Origin: the human T2T-CHM13v2.0 reference genome, Homo sapiens
Length of the DNA stretch: 64,000 bases
Assembly: GCF_009914755.1 (NCBI RefSeq)
Contig: NC_060931.1
Direction: 5' to 3' (one strand)
Position numbers and translations under genes: made by a program. The notes under the pieces were generated by a model. It saw nothing but the letters and a program-made list of their open reading frames with translations. It ran no database searches and was not told the DNA's origin. Shown here piece after piece: positions 1 through 12,310 of the stretch. Numbering within the stretch: position 1 is the first letter of the stretch; each line of letters starts with the position of its first letter.

Positions 1-360
1 CAGGTACTCTGCATTAAATGATTTGGCAGAGCAAATCCATACCACCTTTTCCCTTCTGCACATTTCTGTCTTGATTTCAAAATATTTCTTTCAATTGGCA
101 TAAGGGAATCTTTTCACATGGGGTTAAAAAATTTGATGGATTACATTTGGAAAGAACATGGTGCACTCAAGCTGAGAGTTCTCAACAAATAATCATCAAA
201 AGGCTGTAAAGAATAAGCCCAATGCCAAAAGAATTATGTGAGTTCTGGCACATCTAATAAAGATATATTTCTCATTCATAATATGAAGTTAATTCTCCAT
301 TTCCAAAATTCTTGAGTAATTAGTGAATGTGCCTAAGCTTCTCATATAAAGTGCCTGCAT

Positions 361-1154
361 TTTATTTATCTTGAACAGATTTATTGAGGTATAATTTATA
401 TACAAAAACTGCACATATTTAATGTGTACAATTTGATGAGTTTGGACATAAGCAAATACTCATGGTACAAGTACTGCAATCAATGTAATAGACATCCAAC
501 AACTCTCAAAATTTCCTTTTGTCCCTTTCTTTTCCTTTCTCTTTTTCTTTGTTTGCTTTATTCCTTTCTTTTTATTTGAGTGGTAAGAACACTTATTATG
601 AAACCTATCTTAACAAATTTTAAAGTGCACAGTACTGTACTCTTAACTACAGGCACTTCATTGTACCCCAGAGCCCCAGAACTTATTCACCTAGCATAAC
701 TGAAGCTTTATACAGGTTGAATAAAAATTTCTTATTTCCTCCACCCCAAGCATCTGAAAACCACTATTGTATTCTCTGCTTCTCTGAGATTGACTATTAC
801 AGATGTCCATATAAGTGGAATCATGCAATATTTGTCCTTCTGTGATTGGCTTATTTCACTTAGAATAATTTCCTCAGGATTCATCCATGTTATTGCAAGT
901 AACAGAATTTCTTTCACTGTAATGGATATACTACATTTTCTTTATCTATTCATCTGTTGATAGTAGACACTTGGGTTGTTTTGGTATCTTGTCTATTGTG
1001 AATAATGCTGCATAATTCTCTTCAAAATCCTGATTTGATAATCTTGAATTATTTTTGATATATGTTCAGAAGTGGAATTGATCAATCATATGGCAGCTCT
1101 ATTTTTAACTTTTGAGGAACTGCCATACTGTTTTCCATAGCTATAGCACCATTT
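361..1154 (-). mobile_element. L1MA/L1MB-type LINE-1, 3' UTR and end of ORF2 (non-inverted part of a 5'-inverted insertion)
   Basis: Antisense L1M 3' end (tttattgaggtataatttata...ttcatccatgttattgca...ccatactgttttccatag). ORF 732..917 translates to the L1 ORF2 C-terminal motif EIILSEISQSQKDKYCMIPLIW. Confidence 0.9.
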
Positions 1155-1874
1155 GACAAGGGTGCCAAAAATAGTATACACTGGTGAAAAGAAAGTTTGT
1201 TTCATCAACAAATGTTGGGAAAACTGGTATTCACGTAAAAAAAAATAAAATTTGACCATCTTACATAATCTACAAAAAAAAAAAAAAACTCAAAATAGAT
1301 CGAAGACTTAAACCTAAGTCTTGAAACTATAAAACTACTCAAAGAAAACATAGAAGAAATGTTTCTTGAGTGTGGTCTTTGCATTGATTTCTCAGACACA
1401 ACAACAAAAGCATAGGCAATAAAATCAAAAATGGAAAAGAGGGATTACATGAAATAAACAAACAAAAACCTTCACAGCAAAGAAAATAACAGAATGAAAA
1501 GGTAAACTACAGAATGAGATAAAATATTTGCAAATTACGTATCTGATAAGTGGTTGATTTATGAAATATAAGCAACTCATACAACCCAAAAGCACAAACA
1601 AATAAACAAACAAAACCAATTCAATTAAAAAATGAGCACAAGACTTTAACGGACATTTCTCCAAAGAAGACATATAAATGGCCAACAAGTATATGAAAAG
1701 ATGCTCAACATCATTATTTATCAGGGAAATACAGGTCAAAATTATGAGATATTACTTCCTACCTTTTGGGATTGCTATTCACAAAGAAAATACACACAAA
1801 AAAACAAAATGTAAGTGTTAGCAAGGATGTGGAGAAATAGAAACCTTTGTATACTATTAGTGGGAATGTGAATT
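1151..1874 (+). mobile_element. Inverted segment of the same old L1 (ORF2 C-terminal region, sense orientation)
   Basis: Sense L1 ORF2 sequence tttgacaagggtgccaa...aaatgttgggaaaactgg...gacatttctccaaagaagacat...ggatgtggagaaa...tgggaatgtgaatt. Confidence 0.88.
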
Positions 1875-2218
1875 TTAAAAATGGTATCTATAATTAAATG
1901 CTATAGGTAAAGTGTGTTGAATGTGTATTGGCTCATAAACTATATAATTTTAATACTTGATCTTACAATGCTTGTGGGTGTTTGAAAATATCTGAGTATG
2001 TTTATCTTTTGAAAATAAATATGGATGATATATTTAGTATTAAAGTTATAACATATGTTTTTGGCGAGTACAAACAAAAAAGTTTCTTAGAATTTGCATT
2101 TATGTCCTGTGTCCTGCATATAAAGGTTTATTTTACCTTAATAGGAAATTATGTTTCCCAAATTATTAACAGTCTTATTAATTTTCATTCCCTTATAACT
2201 ACTTCCCTTCATCTCTAA

Positions 2219-2539
<321 letters not shown>

Positions 2540-3144
2540 AAGTTTTTCATCATTTTTGATTTGTAAATCACTAAATCACATGGCAATGTAGTTAAAACAT
2601 GTCCAGTGCCATTAACGGTTCAAAAAAGAAAAAAAAAATGTGTTTTTCTCTGGAGTCCTGTTCACAAGTTCATTAGTAAAAGCTTGTACGGATACTCATA
2701 ATTGCATGTCACAGTTCCTCTAAGTTTATTTTTCTAAAACCATACTTATCCTTCTTCTTTCTTATTGATTAAAAAAATACTAATGTATTTTTCACGTTTC
2801 AACACTGCAAACACACAAATTCTCCATTTACTCTTCATTGGTTTTCATAATACTGCATTTCCCACTACATCTCCTTAAGTATAATGGAATCACATAATAA
2901 AAATAAATAACTAATGTTTTAGAAAATCTACTTCTTTCTAGAACAAGTATATTGAAATGTTTGAAGTCATAGAAAAAATATATATGAAAGCCTGGACTGA
3001 AAAGTCAAGTTTTATTTTTATATATTTATTTGCCAAGTGACCATAAAATATACATGTACCCTCTCTCTCCAGAAAAGGCACGTTAAGAAAAGCAATACTT
3101 ACTAAACTTAGTTTACCTGTTAAAATTAATTACATCTAGCTTAC

Positions 3145-3322
3145 CAGATAATGCAATCAAAATCATTAGGATAAGCTTTTCCAGCATATGAGATTGAAAG
3201 TTCATCAGAAATCTTCCTTTTTTTTTTTGGAGATAAACGTAGCCATCTTCCCATTCATTCTTTAGACAAGGACTTTTCCCAGATAACTGTATGTAACAAA
3301 GTTCAAATACTTGAATGTGGAC
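3145..3322 (-). other. Candidate exon (178 nt) of an unidentified, possibly decayed gene or lncRNA
   Basis: Minus strand reads ...atatttgtag|GTCCAC...TTATCTG|gtaagc. Frame 1 is open throughout: VHIQVFELCYIQLSGKSPCLKNEWEDGYVYLQKKKGRFLMNFQSHMLEKLILMILIALS. Confidence 0.35.
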
Positions 3323-3411
3323 CTACAAATATTTTAAAATTCAGATTTCTTACAGATATGTAACATTAACCACCACCCACCTGGCACAACATTACATATT
3401 GAATAGCTTAC

Positions 3412-3480
3412 CTTTTCAGTTCAAAGTGTAAGTTAGAAGAGATATACGTAGTAAAACCTTTTCCAGGGAATCTACAATAT
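3412..3480 (-). other. Candidate exon (69 nt, or extending to 3652) upstream of an 89-nt GT-AG intron
   Basis: Minus strand tacattttctcag|ATATTG...GAAAAG|gtaagc. Intron 3323-3411 reads gtaagc...tttgtag. Confidence 0.3.
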
Positions 3481-3789
3481 CTGAGAAAATGTATACATTA
3501 ATATACCTGGTTAACTTATCCCATGATGTGATGTACCTAGAAGCTGTCTTTACAATCTCATATTGGCTGGTAGAGAATATACAAAACTATAGCTAATTAT
3601 AGGTGAGTCTTCAACATTTCTGAACCAGTTATCTCTATTCTAGTGGAAGCTGCTATAAAAGATTGTCAAAGATTATTAATGAGAAATGAAAGTTGGACAT
3701 GAAGGAACAGTGTCCACAAACATCCTTCTCATATGTAGGGGGGAATTTCCATTTTTGAAACTGATAGGGCAGAATCCCTTATGAGAAAA

Positions 3790-4475
3790 TTTAGATATAT
3801 ATCCAAATTCCTACAGGAATTAAGTGTATTATAAAGTTGGTGCTTCAAGTCAGTGTGTGGCAGGGGAAAGGGATGGATTATCCAATAAGTAATATTGGAA
3901 CTAGTAAATTCTAGTAGAATCTAATTTGAAAAAATTAAAATTGGATTTGTATCTCCCATACTACAATAGGAAATATCCCTAATAAATATGTACGTACATT
4001 TAGTAAATGAAAATTTGTAAATCTAGAAGAAATCATAACTGAACTTTTTATATAATTCTCTAGATTTCACAGCCTTTCTAACTGTAATAAAAAGCTTAGG
4101 AAACATTTGTAAATGATTGATATATTTGAATATATAATATATTTTTAAAATCTTGATGGCAAAGTCAACAAGTACAGAGTAAAAGAGAAAGCTGACAAAC
4201 AGTAATAATATTTGCAGAAATATGGGTGCTCTCCTAATAGAAAAAGTTTCTACAAATCAATAAGAAAAGGGCCAGAGACTCAAAAATATAAGCAATGAAT
4301 AAATGATTAACATAAAAACAAAGAATAAAACAATAGAAACAACAGATTCACATAAATGAAAATAAAAGTGAGTCTCAAAAGTATTAAAAGATATTCAACC
4401 TCACTGATAACTTGAGAAATGCAAATCAAAACTATACTGCATTGAAATGGTAAAGATGAAAAAATTTGATGGAGC
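3790..4475 (+). mobile_element. Old L1M (L1ME-type) ORF2 fragment
   Basis: Degenerate sense ORF2: gggaaagggatggattatccaataa...ctagaagaaatcata...aagatattcaacctcactgata...gaaatgcaaatcaaaact. Confidence 0.75.
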
Positions 4476-4806
4476 ACATGTGTAGCATACTGGCCTGCAG
4501 GAAATTAACCCAGACCATTGATACAGAGATACAAACTAAATCATTGTTTCTTCATTTTGTACACCCTCACATAATTTCTTCATTGAAAGTGCATGGGAGC
4601 ATAATATCAAGAAATCAAAAGAAGAAATAAATAAAAAGAAGAAATAAAGATACTAAATTGTTGCTGAACTCCTTCAAAATGTATTGTTGAAAAATTAGTA
4701 TTCTTTTTCAAATAACTTTTAGAGGAAACAAAGGCAACTTACCCTTCCTAAATTAAATCACTCCTCAAAAATCATTTAGATGGCTGAATTATATATAAGT
4801 TGGGTT

Positions 4807-4865
4807 AGATAGACATATGATGATAGATGATACAGATGATGATAATGAAGATAGATGATACAGAG

Positions 4866-4909
<44 letters not shown>

Positions 4910-4914
4910 GATAG
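4807..4914 (+). repeat. (GATA)n tetranucleotide STR, 10 perfect units at 4867-4906
   Basis: Direct reading. Degenerate GATA/GATGA units lie upstream. Confidence 0.97.
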
Positions 4915-5069
4915 TTTTATTTTTCTCATTTTCTCCTTGCCAATAAAAATCTGCTTGCAGAATTTCAGCTAATAAATCATTTGGTTGCCTACAGAACCTA
5001 CTTCCTTTTTAACAAGTGTAAGATTCCACAGAGATGTAACAAAATCCTTGTGCTTTAGCTGAAAATTGT

Positions 5070-5830
5070 GCCCACATTACTTGCTTCAAAACCTTTTCCA
5101 TCTTTGCAATAGGTGCAATAGATATTATATAGATAAATTATTCACGTATTTGTGTTCTTTTCTGCCATGAAATGATAAAAAAGTTCTTTTGAGATTCTTT
5201 GTTATGATCCTTTAGCTGTAAGGAATTCCTTCAGCCTTTTAAAGTGATTTCCTCTTTTCTTGCTACTGTAATATTCTTAAATTTACATTGGGTATATGGC
5301 CTTTATTTTTCCCTCTCGGCATCATTTATATCTTATGGCCTAAAATTTCACAATGATGTGCCATATTGTGTTGCTTATTTTTCATAATGCTGGGTTATAA
5401 ATAAAATGTTTGAATCTGAAAATATGCCTCCTGGAGTTCTGAGAAATGTTCTTGTATTACTTATTTAACCACTGATTGTTTCTCCTTTTTCTCCATTATC
5501 TCTTTGGATTTCCTGTTAGTTGGAGATTAAACCTTCTGGCTTGTTACTGTCATGATTATATATTTTGTAATTCATTATACATTTATTTGACTTTTTTATT
5601 ATTGTGTGGGAGATATTGCCCTTTGTATCACAAGTCTTCTACAAAATGTTTTGTTTTTATTATATTTTTAATTGATAAGACCTCTTTCTCACTCTTTATA
5701 TGTTTTTTTTTTGGAATATAACATGCTTTTTAAAGAATACATTATTAATTACATCTATAGATTTTTATATTTTTCACTCTCTATCTGCATTGCTTTTATT
5801 TCTTCCAAATTCCCTTTCCCTTGCTTTGAA
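5070..5830 (-). mobile_element. Old L1ME/HAL1-like 5' (ORF1-region) fragment
   Basis: T-rich antisense pattern aaatttcacaatgatgtgcc...gttctgagaaatgttcttgtatta...tcctgttagttggagattaaaccttctgg. Confidence 0.55.
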
Positions 5831-6099
5831 TGAAGCTTTTTTAGAAGCAGGTTTTCTCCGAGGTCAGGTTACCTTCACCCCTCTTCAAATGTAAAAAAAA
5901 GGCAACAACAACAGCAACAACAACAAACCCAACAAAAACAGGTTGGAGGTTTTGTGTGGTGAACAGCAATTTAAAGTCATTAGGCTGTTGTTTCATTAGG
6001 GACCAGTAAAATGTCCATGTCAGGTCTTCTTTCCCTGCCAATCCATGTCTTCAGAGAATCTTCCAGTGCTCTACCTTAGTATCTTTCATGTCTATATTC

Positions 6100-6258
6100 T
6101 CATCAGATCTCATGAGAACCTTCTCACTATCACGAGAAGAGCATGGGGGAAACCACTCCCATGATCCAATCACCTCCCTTCTGGTCCCTCCCCCAACACA
6201 TGGGGATTACAATTCGAGTTGAGATCTGAGTGGGGACACAGAGCCAAACCATATTACA
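6100..6258 (-). mobile_element. MaLR LTR fragment (THE1D/MSTA-like), 5' part of the LTR
   Basis: catcagatctcatgagaac...atgatccaatcacctccc...ggggacacagagccaaaccatatta is the reverse complement of the THE1/MST LTR start. Confidence 0.9.
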
Positions 6259-6274
6259 TATGATACCAATCTTA

Positions 6275-6604
<330 letters not shown>

Positions 6605-6605
6605 T

Positions 6606-6671
6606 CATATACATCTATTATGTACCTACAAAAATTATAAAATAAGATAATAAAAATTTAAAAATTTAAAA
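6606..6671 (+). mobile_element. Extreme 3' terminus of an L1MA-type element, following the Alu tail
   Basis: atatacatctattatgtacctacaaaaattataaaataa resembles the L1MA terminus atatacacctactatgtacccacaaaaattaaaaataa. Confidence 0.65.
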
Positions 6672-6693
6672 ATAAACAAGAGGGGCATATGTG

Positions 6694-6695
<2 letters not shown>

Positions 6696-6737
<42 letters not shown>
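6696..6737 (+). repeat. (GT)21 microsatellite
   Basis: Direct reading. Confidence 0.98.
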
Positions 6738-6738
<1 letters not shown>

Positions 6739-6959
6739 CAAAGCAAAACTTTGAAAATGAGAAAACATGTAGAAATGGTAAGAGAATACATACATGCTTT
6801 ATATGAGTATGAGTCCAGCATTACAGTCCTGGATGATTTACATCATAGAATGATGAAACACTCACTGGTCTCATTCAGTAAATCACCCAATTAGAATAAT
6901 TGTTAACCATGAAAGAGGTAAGATAAGGCTAGAGACTAAAAATGAACAATTATTGTTCA

Positions 6960-7875
6960 TTTCTAACATGAACAAAGGGTCCAGCATGTCAGCCATTTGT
7001 GTATTGAGCCTTACTGTAATAAACTTCTTTATCAATAAGGATCCCATTATTATATATTGTCTATTGAGGCATACCTATTAAATTATCAAATGCCTCAATG
7101 CTGAGATAAAATACTAACAATGATAGAAAATTCTGAATATACTGAAGAAGTTAGATGAAAGTAATAACGTAAAATTTGGCAGATAGAAATGAAGAGTCCT
7201 AGAATTAGGTTCAAAATACCATCAGTACAATTATATGACCAAGGAAACCTATTTAACAGGTTGTTTGAAGGAAAAAATTCAAATACTGTCATTGAGTTCA
7301 AGCCTTATCATAGCAAGGCTTTTCCTAAATGAGTACAATCTCATGCTGCATTAATGGAAACATAGTGTCTACAAGAAGAGAAATTCACAATTCTTTGAAA
7401 TATCTAGAACAGCATGTTCTGCTCCAAGAACACTTTAGGGCACAAAGAACAAAAGAGGGTGACCAGGATGACAAATGTTTGGAAACAGTTATCAGGAAAG
7501 CTTGTAGGAACCAGGGATGTTGAAATGAAAAGAGATGTTTATGTGAAACAAATCTCTATTTTAAAATGTTAGAAGCTTTGTCCAATGATCAGAATGATTA
7601 CACATTCTATGCAGCCCAGGAAGCAGGAGTAGGAAAATTGAAAGGAAGATACAGGAAAGCTGACTTTCACTTCGGAATCAGAGAGAGAACTTTCCAACTG
7701 AGAGGCTAGGGCAACACTGAATCCTCCCTCCACCTCCACAGTATTTCATCATGCCCTAAGCTGCCAGATGCTGCATCCACAATGAGATGATGATGAGCAA
7801 AGATTAAAGGGATTAGGCCTCTCCCATCTGGAAAAAAAACAACCATTAAGAGATGATATAGTCCATTTTAAGTCA
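6960..7875 (+). mobile_element. L3/CR1 LINE remnant(s)
   Basis: Degenerate CR1 RT/3' landmarks: ttctttatcaataa, gtcctagaattaggttcaaaa, gctgcattaatggaaacatagtgtct, agagggtgaccaggatg, gaaagctgactttcact. Confidence 0.7.
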
Positions 7876-7954
7876 ACAAAGATGGGTTCACTAAATCTTG
7901 AAACTAATAGGACCTCATCTATGAACTATTATTTTAAGTTAAAAATGGATAATA

Positions 7955-8195
7955 TTAACAGAAAGCATTTGCTAAACATAGAGCATGTGCCAGGAACAAT
8001 TCTAAATGCTTTACCTAAATTGTCCCATGGATTGCATGCAAGACCTCAATGTGGTAAAAATTATCTCCATTTTGCAGATTAGGAAACTAAAACTGGGAAA
8101 TGTTTTTTAAAAAAATTATCCTTGGTCACAAACTGCTAAGTGGTAGAAGATTTTATTTCATTCTCAGGGTTATGATTTCAATGCTCAAGTGTTTT
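7955..8195 (-). mobile_element. MIR
   Basis: catgtgccaggaacaattctaaatgcttta...tctccattttgcagattaggaaactaa...ggtcacaaactgctaagtggtaga. Confidence 0.8.
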
Positions 8196-8609
8196 CTGCT
8201 TCGATGCTCTGTCTTGGCACATGGGAGGCCAAATTAAAGACTATATTGATGGCCTAGGCAAAACAATATCATCTTTGAAAGAAGTTAATGAAATCCAGAA
8301 AACAGACTACTGATTTATTTTCATCAAGAAGTTTCTGCAGTTCAAGAAAATGACTGTGAGACTTTTACTTCTTTCATTTTCTTAAAAACAGCCTATATAA
8401 TTCTATGTATAAAGTACTTTACATTAACATACATTTTTACACTTAAACACAAAGCATATTTCTCAGAGAATCTGAAATCTCTGTTAGTTGACACTTCTGC
8501 ATATTTACCATAATAAGCCACGTTATCCCTGATATTGCTGTATGATAGTGAATTGCCTTTTGAGTCATCCAAAGAAGGTATAAATTAGACTTAGAACAAG
8601 ACTAAAAGC

Positions 8610-8965
8610 TGTATGAAGAAATAGAGATCTCAATAAATGTAATTACCTGGACAATTATAAAAGTTAGTATTATTATAATGGTTTGTAGCTACATTTTCAT
8701 TTTCTACATGACTTAAGAGACTAATACATTAAAACATTATTAGATCAAAATCTAGTATTATAACATTGATTTGTAACTTCATATTTTGTTCTCTACATAA
8801 TTTAAGAGATTAATGCAAAAAAAAATTACAAAAAAAATTATTAGCTTATGTTTTGGGGTACGCAATGTATGAACATCATTTCGCGATATTGACAATTGAA
8901 AGAGATGAAAAAGAAGCTGTAAAGGAGCAAAGTTTTTGTATGTTATTAAAGTTAAGCTGCTATAA
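8610..8965 (+). mobile_element. L1M inter-ORF/ORF1-adjacent fragment
   Basis: gtttgtagctacattttcattttctacatgacttaagagactaat...ttagcttatgttttgggg...gtttttgtatgttattaaagttaagctg, typical of L1M internal sequence. Confidence 0.6.
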
Positions 8966-9613
8966 AAAAGAACAAGATTATTATTAGGTACACTCTATTA
9001 TGCCATATTTTGTGAATGTGCATAGCATGACTTTTTTTGATAATCAGAATACCTCATTACTCATTTATGAGAAAGAATACATTTCTTTTAGTACTTTACC
9101 CAGCAGAAGCAGATGTAAATTTTTTACTTCATGTGGTAGTAGAAGTGAAAAATAGATTACAAAGGTGAAAAATGTAATTAAGTTTAAAAATATAGAAACA
9201 TTCACAAACCAGAAAAAAAGAGAATATGTTGTGGTAGGAAACAAAGCTATATGAAATTTATTTTTAAAAATTGAGATGATGTTAAGGCAAGATAGACACA
9301 TCCTTCATCAGAGAAAGAAAGCTGGATTGTAAAGAACAGCTTGGACCTGACTCAATGGTTTATTCTTCTGCTCTTATTTTAAAGGTCTGATACTTGCAGA
9401 TATGGTCAGGTGTCAGAGGCTTACTACTGATAGACCTCAAGATCAATGGAAACATATCTGGGGAAGTTTCTCAGTTTCCCTTTGACTTCTAAAAGCAATG
9501 CCAGACAAATAACTATTTTTTAGAATGTTCATAGTTGAGCCATAAACCCACACAAACTCTTATGATTGCCTCCTTCTTGATACTAGATTTTCCCATTTAC
9601 ATGGCAGAAGGGC

Positions 9614-10087
9614 TGTCATAATGAAGGTCTCAGTTTCAATTAAGACCACCAGTTAGAGAAAATACAGACAAGTTTAGCTATGAACAGAGAGTTTCTAAGA
9701 GGAGACTACAGACATCAAGTCCAGGGGGCAGTTGAAGAGGAACAGCATAAGGACTGATCATGGGTAGGAAGCCTAAAAGTTCCTAAAAGTAAGGCTGCAG
9801 GAAAGAGCAGATGCCAGAGGAGTTTATATACTGGATGGTGATCAAAGATAATAATATGAGTCATAATAGGTTACATTTATCACAAGGTTGCTACGGGATT
9901 AAACCTCTTTAGTCTATTGGATGGAGTGTAGGCATGGGAATTTCTAATGCCTCTCCAGCATCAGCTGTGGCCTTGCTCCCTAGAGGAATCGTTGTTTCTA
10001 GTGGACAGAGAGACCCAAGTTTTCTTGAAAGGAGTAAGCAATGATGCAACCACTAATTTACTCATCTCCCTTTTTTTAGAAACTACA
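9614..10087 (-). mobile_element. Possible ancient solo LTR (family not identified)
   Basis: TG...CA termini. On the minus strand, CCAAT (9916-9920) is followed by TATATAAA (9823-9830). Higher GC than the flanks. Confidence 0.3.
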
Positions 10088-10099
10088 TTGATATGTCTC

Positions 10100-10202
10100 T
10101 TAACCAATGGTGAGGTCAGGGAATATTTCAAATTCATCTTTGTGCCTCTAGACTCTACTACAGAGCCCAGCACGTGACAGATGTTTAAAGTAGGTATTGA
10201 AT
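10100..10202 (+). mobile_element. L2 3' end fragment
   Basis: tgaggtcagggaat...ttcatctttgtgcctcta...cacgtgacagatgtttaaag...ttgaat. Confidence 0.55.
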
Positions 10203-10282
10203 ATACCACTAAAGGTGAAAGGCAAGTAAGATATGCAGAATTCAGAGGACCACAACTACTCACATTATGACTTTAGAAAATA

Positions 10283-10523
10283 AGATGAATGAATAAAGCA
10301 AATGTGGTGTATGTACACAATGGAATGCTAGTCAGCCTTAAAAAAGAAGGTAATCCTGTAATTGGTGACATGAATGCACCTAAAGAGCATTAATGACATA
10401 AGCCAGGCACAGAAGGACAAATACCACGTGATCTCACTTACATGTGGAGCAATAAAAAAGTTGAACTAGTAGGAGTAGAGGTTACCAGGGGCTAGGTGGG
10501 TGAGTGGAGTTTAGGGGAATGTT
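10283..10523 (+). mobile_element. L1MA/MB 3' fragment
   Basis: agatgaatgaataaagcaaatgtggtgt...agccaggcacagaaggacaaataccacgtgatctcacttacatgtgga...ggttaccaggggct. Confidence 0.85.
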
Positions 10524-10654
10524 TCTGTTTTCCCAATCTTACTAAATAGTTCTACTAAATAATTCTCACCTCTTCATTTTATACATCCATTATAAAATCG
10601 CCCACCATGATGGTTTGGAGTTGAGCAGGGAAGAGCAGGCAATAGAGTACCTGT

Positions 10655-10862
10655 AAGTGACCCTAAGAATGCCATTTACTACTAAGTGAATTTGAACAAT
10701 TAACTGACAGTCTATTATCTTGTTTATCCCAAATGTGTAAAAGAGTAATAAAAATACCCACACTACCCATATGAGGTCTTATATAAACAACAGCCCAAAT
10801 GAGATCACATATAGGAATATGCAGGGTAAGTTAGGAAGAATTTAAATATGTTGGTTACTATT
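10655..10862 (+). mobile_element. MIR
   Basis: gccatttactactaagtgaatttgaacaattaact...tgtgtaaaagagtaataaaaatacc...aatgagatcacat. Confidence 0.55.
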
Positions 10863-11661
10863 ATCTTGCTGTTTCTACTTTGCCACTTAGAGGAATGAGT
10901 GTTAATCCCTGTCATTTCATCTGCTGAGGACTCCAAATTCTGACTATACACAGACATTGACTCGTGACCAAGGGTGTTAAGTGTAAAGTCATTCAGAAAG
11001 GAAAATATTAAAGATTAACTTTTATAGAACTGTGGGTGATGATAAAATTTTTTTGCCCAATTAATTACTTGAAGTTTGCCATCTCTGCCACTGGCAAGCA
11101 TGCAAACATTTAACAAGTATCTAATGAGAGCAAGTAATTGCACACCCTCTGCACACTGCTCAATTTTTCCCTGATGTGCCCTAAATGTGCTGACACCAGC
11201 TTTCCTTCATCCGTGTCCCTCCAGGCCAGGAATCTCAGATGGCTCTATCAATAGAAGGCACACTGTGCTTATTCTAATTCATTGGAGATGAACAAAGACT
11301 ACGATCTTGGAAGTAGTAAAAAGTACCTCTCTTGGGGCAAGAACTTGGCAACGGAAATGTAAAACGAAAGCCTGACCCCAAACAAGCTTGGGATTGTTCC
11401 TTTTTTACTAAACTAATATTAACTATGGAACAAATTTTAAGACAGAAAATTGACAAAATCTGAAATTTTTTTGCTTAGATACCTGGCCTCATCCTTAGAC
11501 CTCTCCATCTCTGACCCAGAATATCTATCTCTTCCTCTACAGAAATTCCTATACACATTGTATGCTCCTGTACATGATGTAATTCCATACACATTATTCA
11601 TTCATTAATGTTTAATGCATTTATATATTTTATTATTTTATTGAATTCAACGCATTGCTTT

Positions 11662-11908
11662 AGTAGTAGTATCAACATTCATCATAAGCACTTACTGTAT
11701 GTTCCAAGCATCATAACAAGGGCTTTATATTAATTATTTAATCCTTCTAACAACTCTGCGAGGTAAGCCCTTTATTATCCCCATTTGATGAACCAGTCTC
11801 AAGGAGGTCACATTACTTGCCTAAATTCACCCAAATAAGCTAGTAAGTGATGGATCAGTGATTTAAACCAGGTCTGTGTAGCTTTGGAGTCTGAGTTCTT
11901 AACTATCG
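11662..11908 (-). mobile_element. MIR
   Basis: agcacttactgtatgttccaagca...tttaatccttctaacaactctgcgaggta...ttatccccattt...acttgcctaaattcac...atttaaaccaggtctg. Confidence 0.85.
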
Positions 11909-11914
11909 TATTAA

Positions 11915-12310
11915 ACTGGCTAGGTGTTGGGGCCCTAAGCATTGAGAGAACGTGCCCTACCTGTTAATTTTAGTGAAGGAATGCAGAGGAAGGGCTGGAA
12001 GACTTGGAAAAGTTTGCTGAACCTCACTTAGGGTGAAAAGCGTCAGGAGAAGAAAAAAGTAGGGAGGGAGATCAGGAAAGGCGTTAGCAATTATAATAAA
12101 GAGTTTTGACTTTATGCTGAAAACAATGGAGAAGAACTGAAGGATAAGATTACTGTATCATATTTATGCTAGATGTACTGGAATAGGATATGGCAGGAGG
12201 CCCAGGGAGCAGATAGGAAGGCGGTGATAGTGATAATCCCGATGAGAAATGAGGAGGACTAAGGTCAATGACTAGGAGAAAGGAGGAAAACGGGTACAGA
12301 GAATGAGGGA
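11915..12310 (-). mobile_element. L2 remnant
   Basis: Purine-rich antisense L2: gatcaggaaaggc...gagttttgactttatgctgaaaacaatggagaag...taatcccgatgagaaatgaggaggactaa. Confidence 0.6.

Noticed and set aside
8661-8820. About 85-nt degenerate internal duplication
   Set aside because: Lies in an L1M internal fragment and is probably a feature of that consensus rather than a local event.
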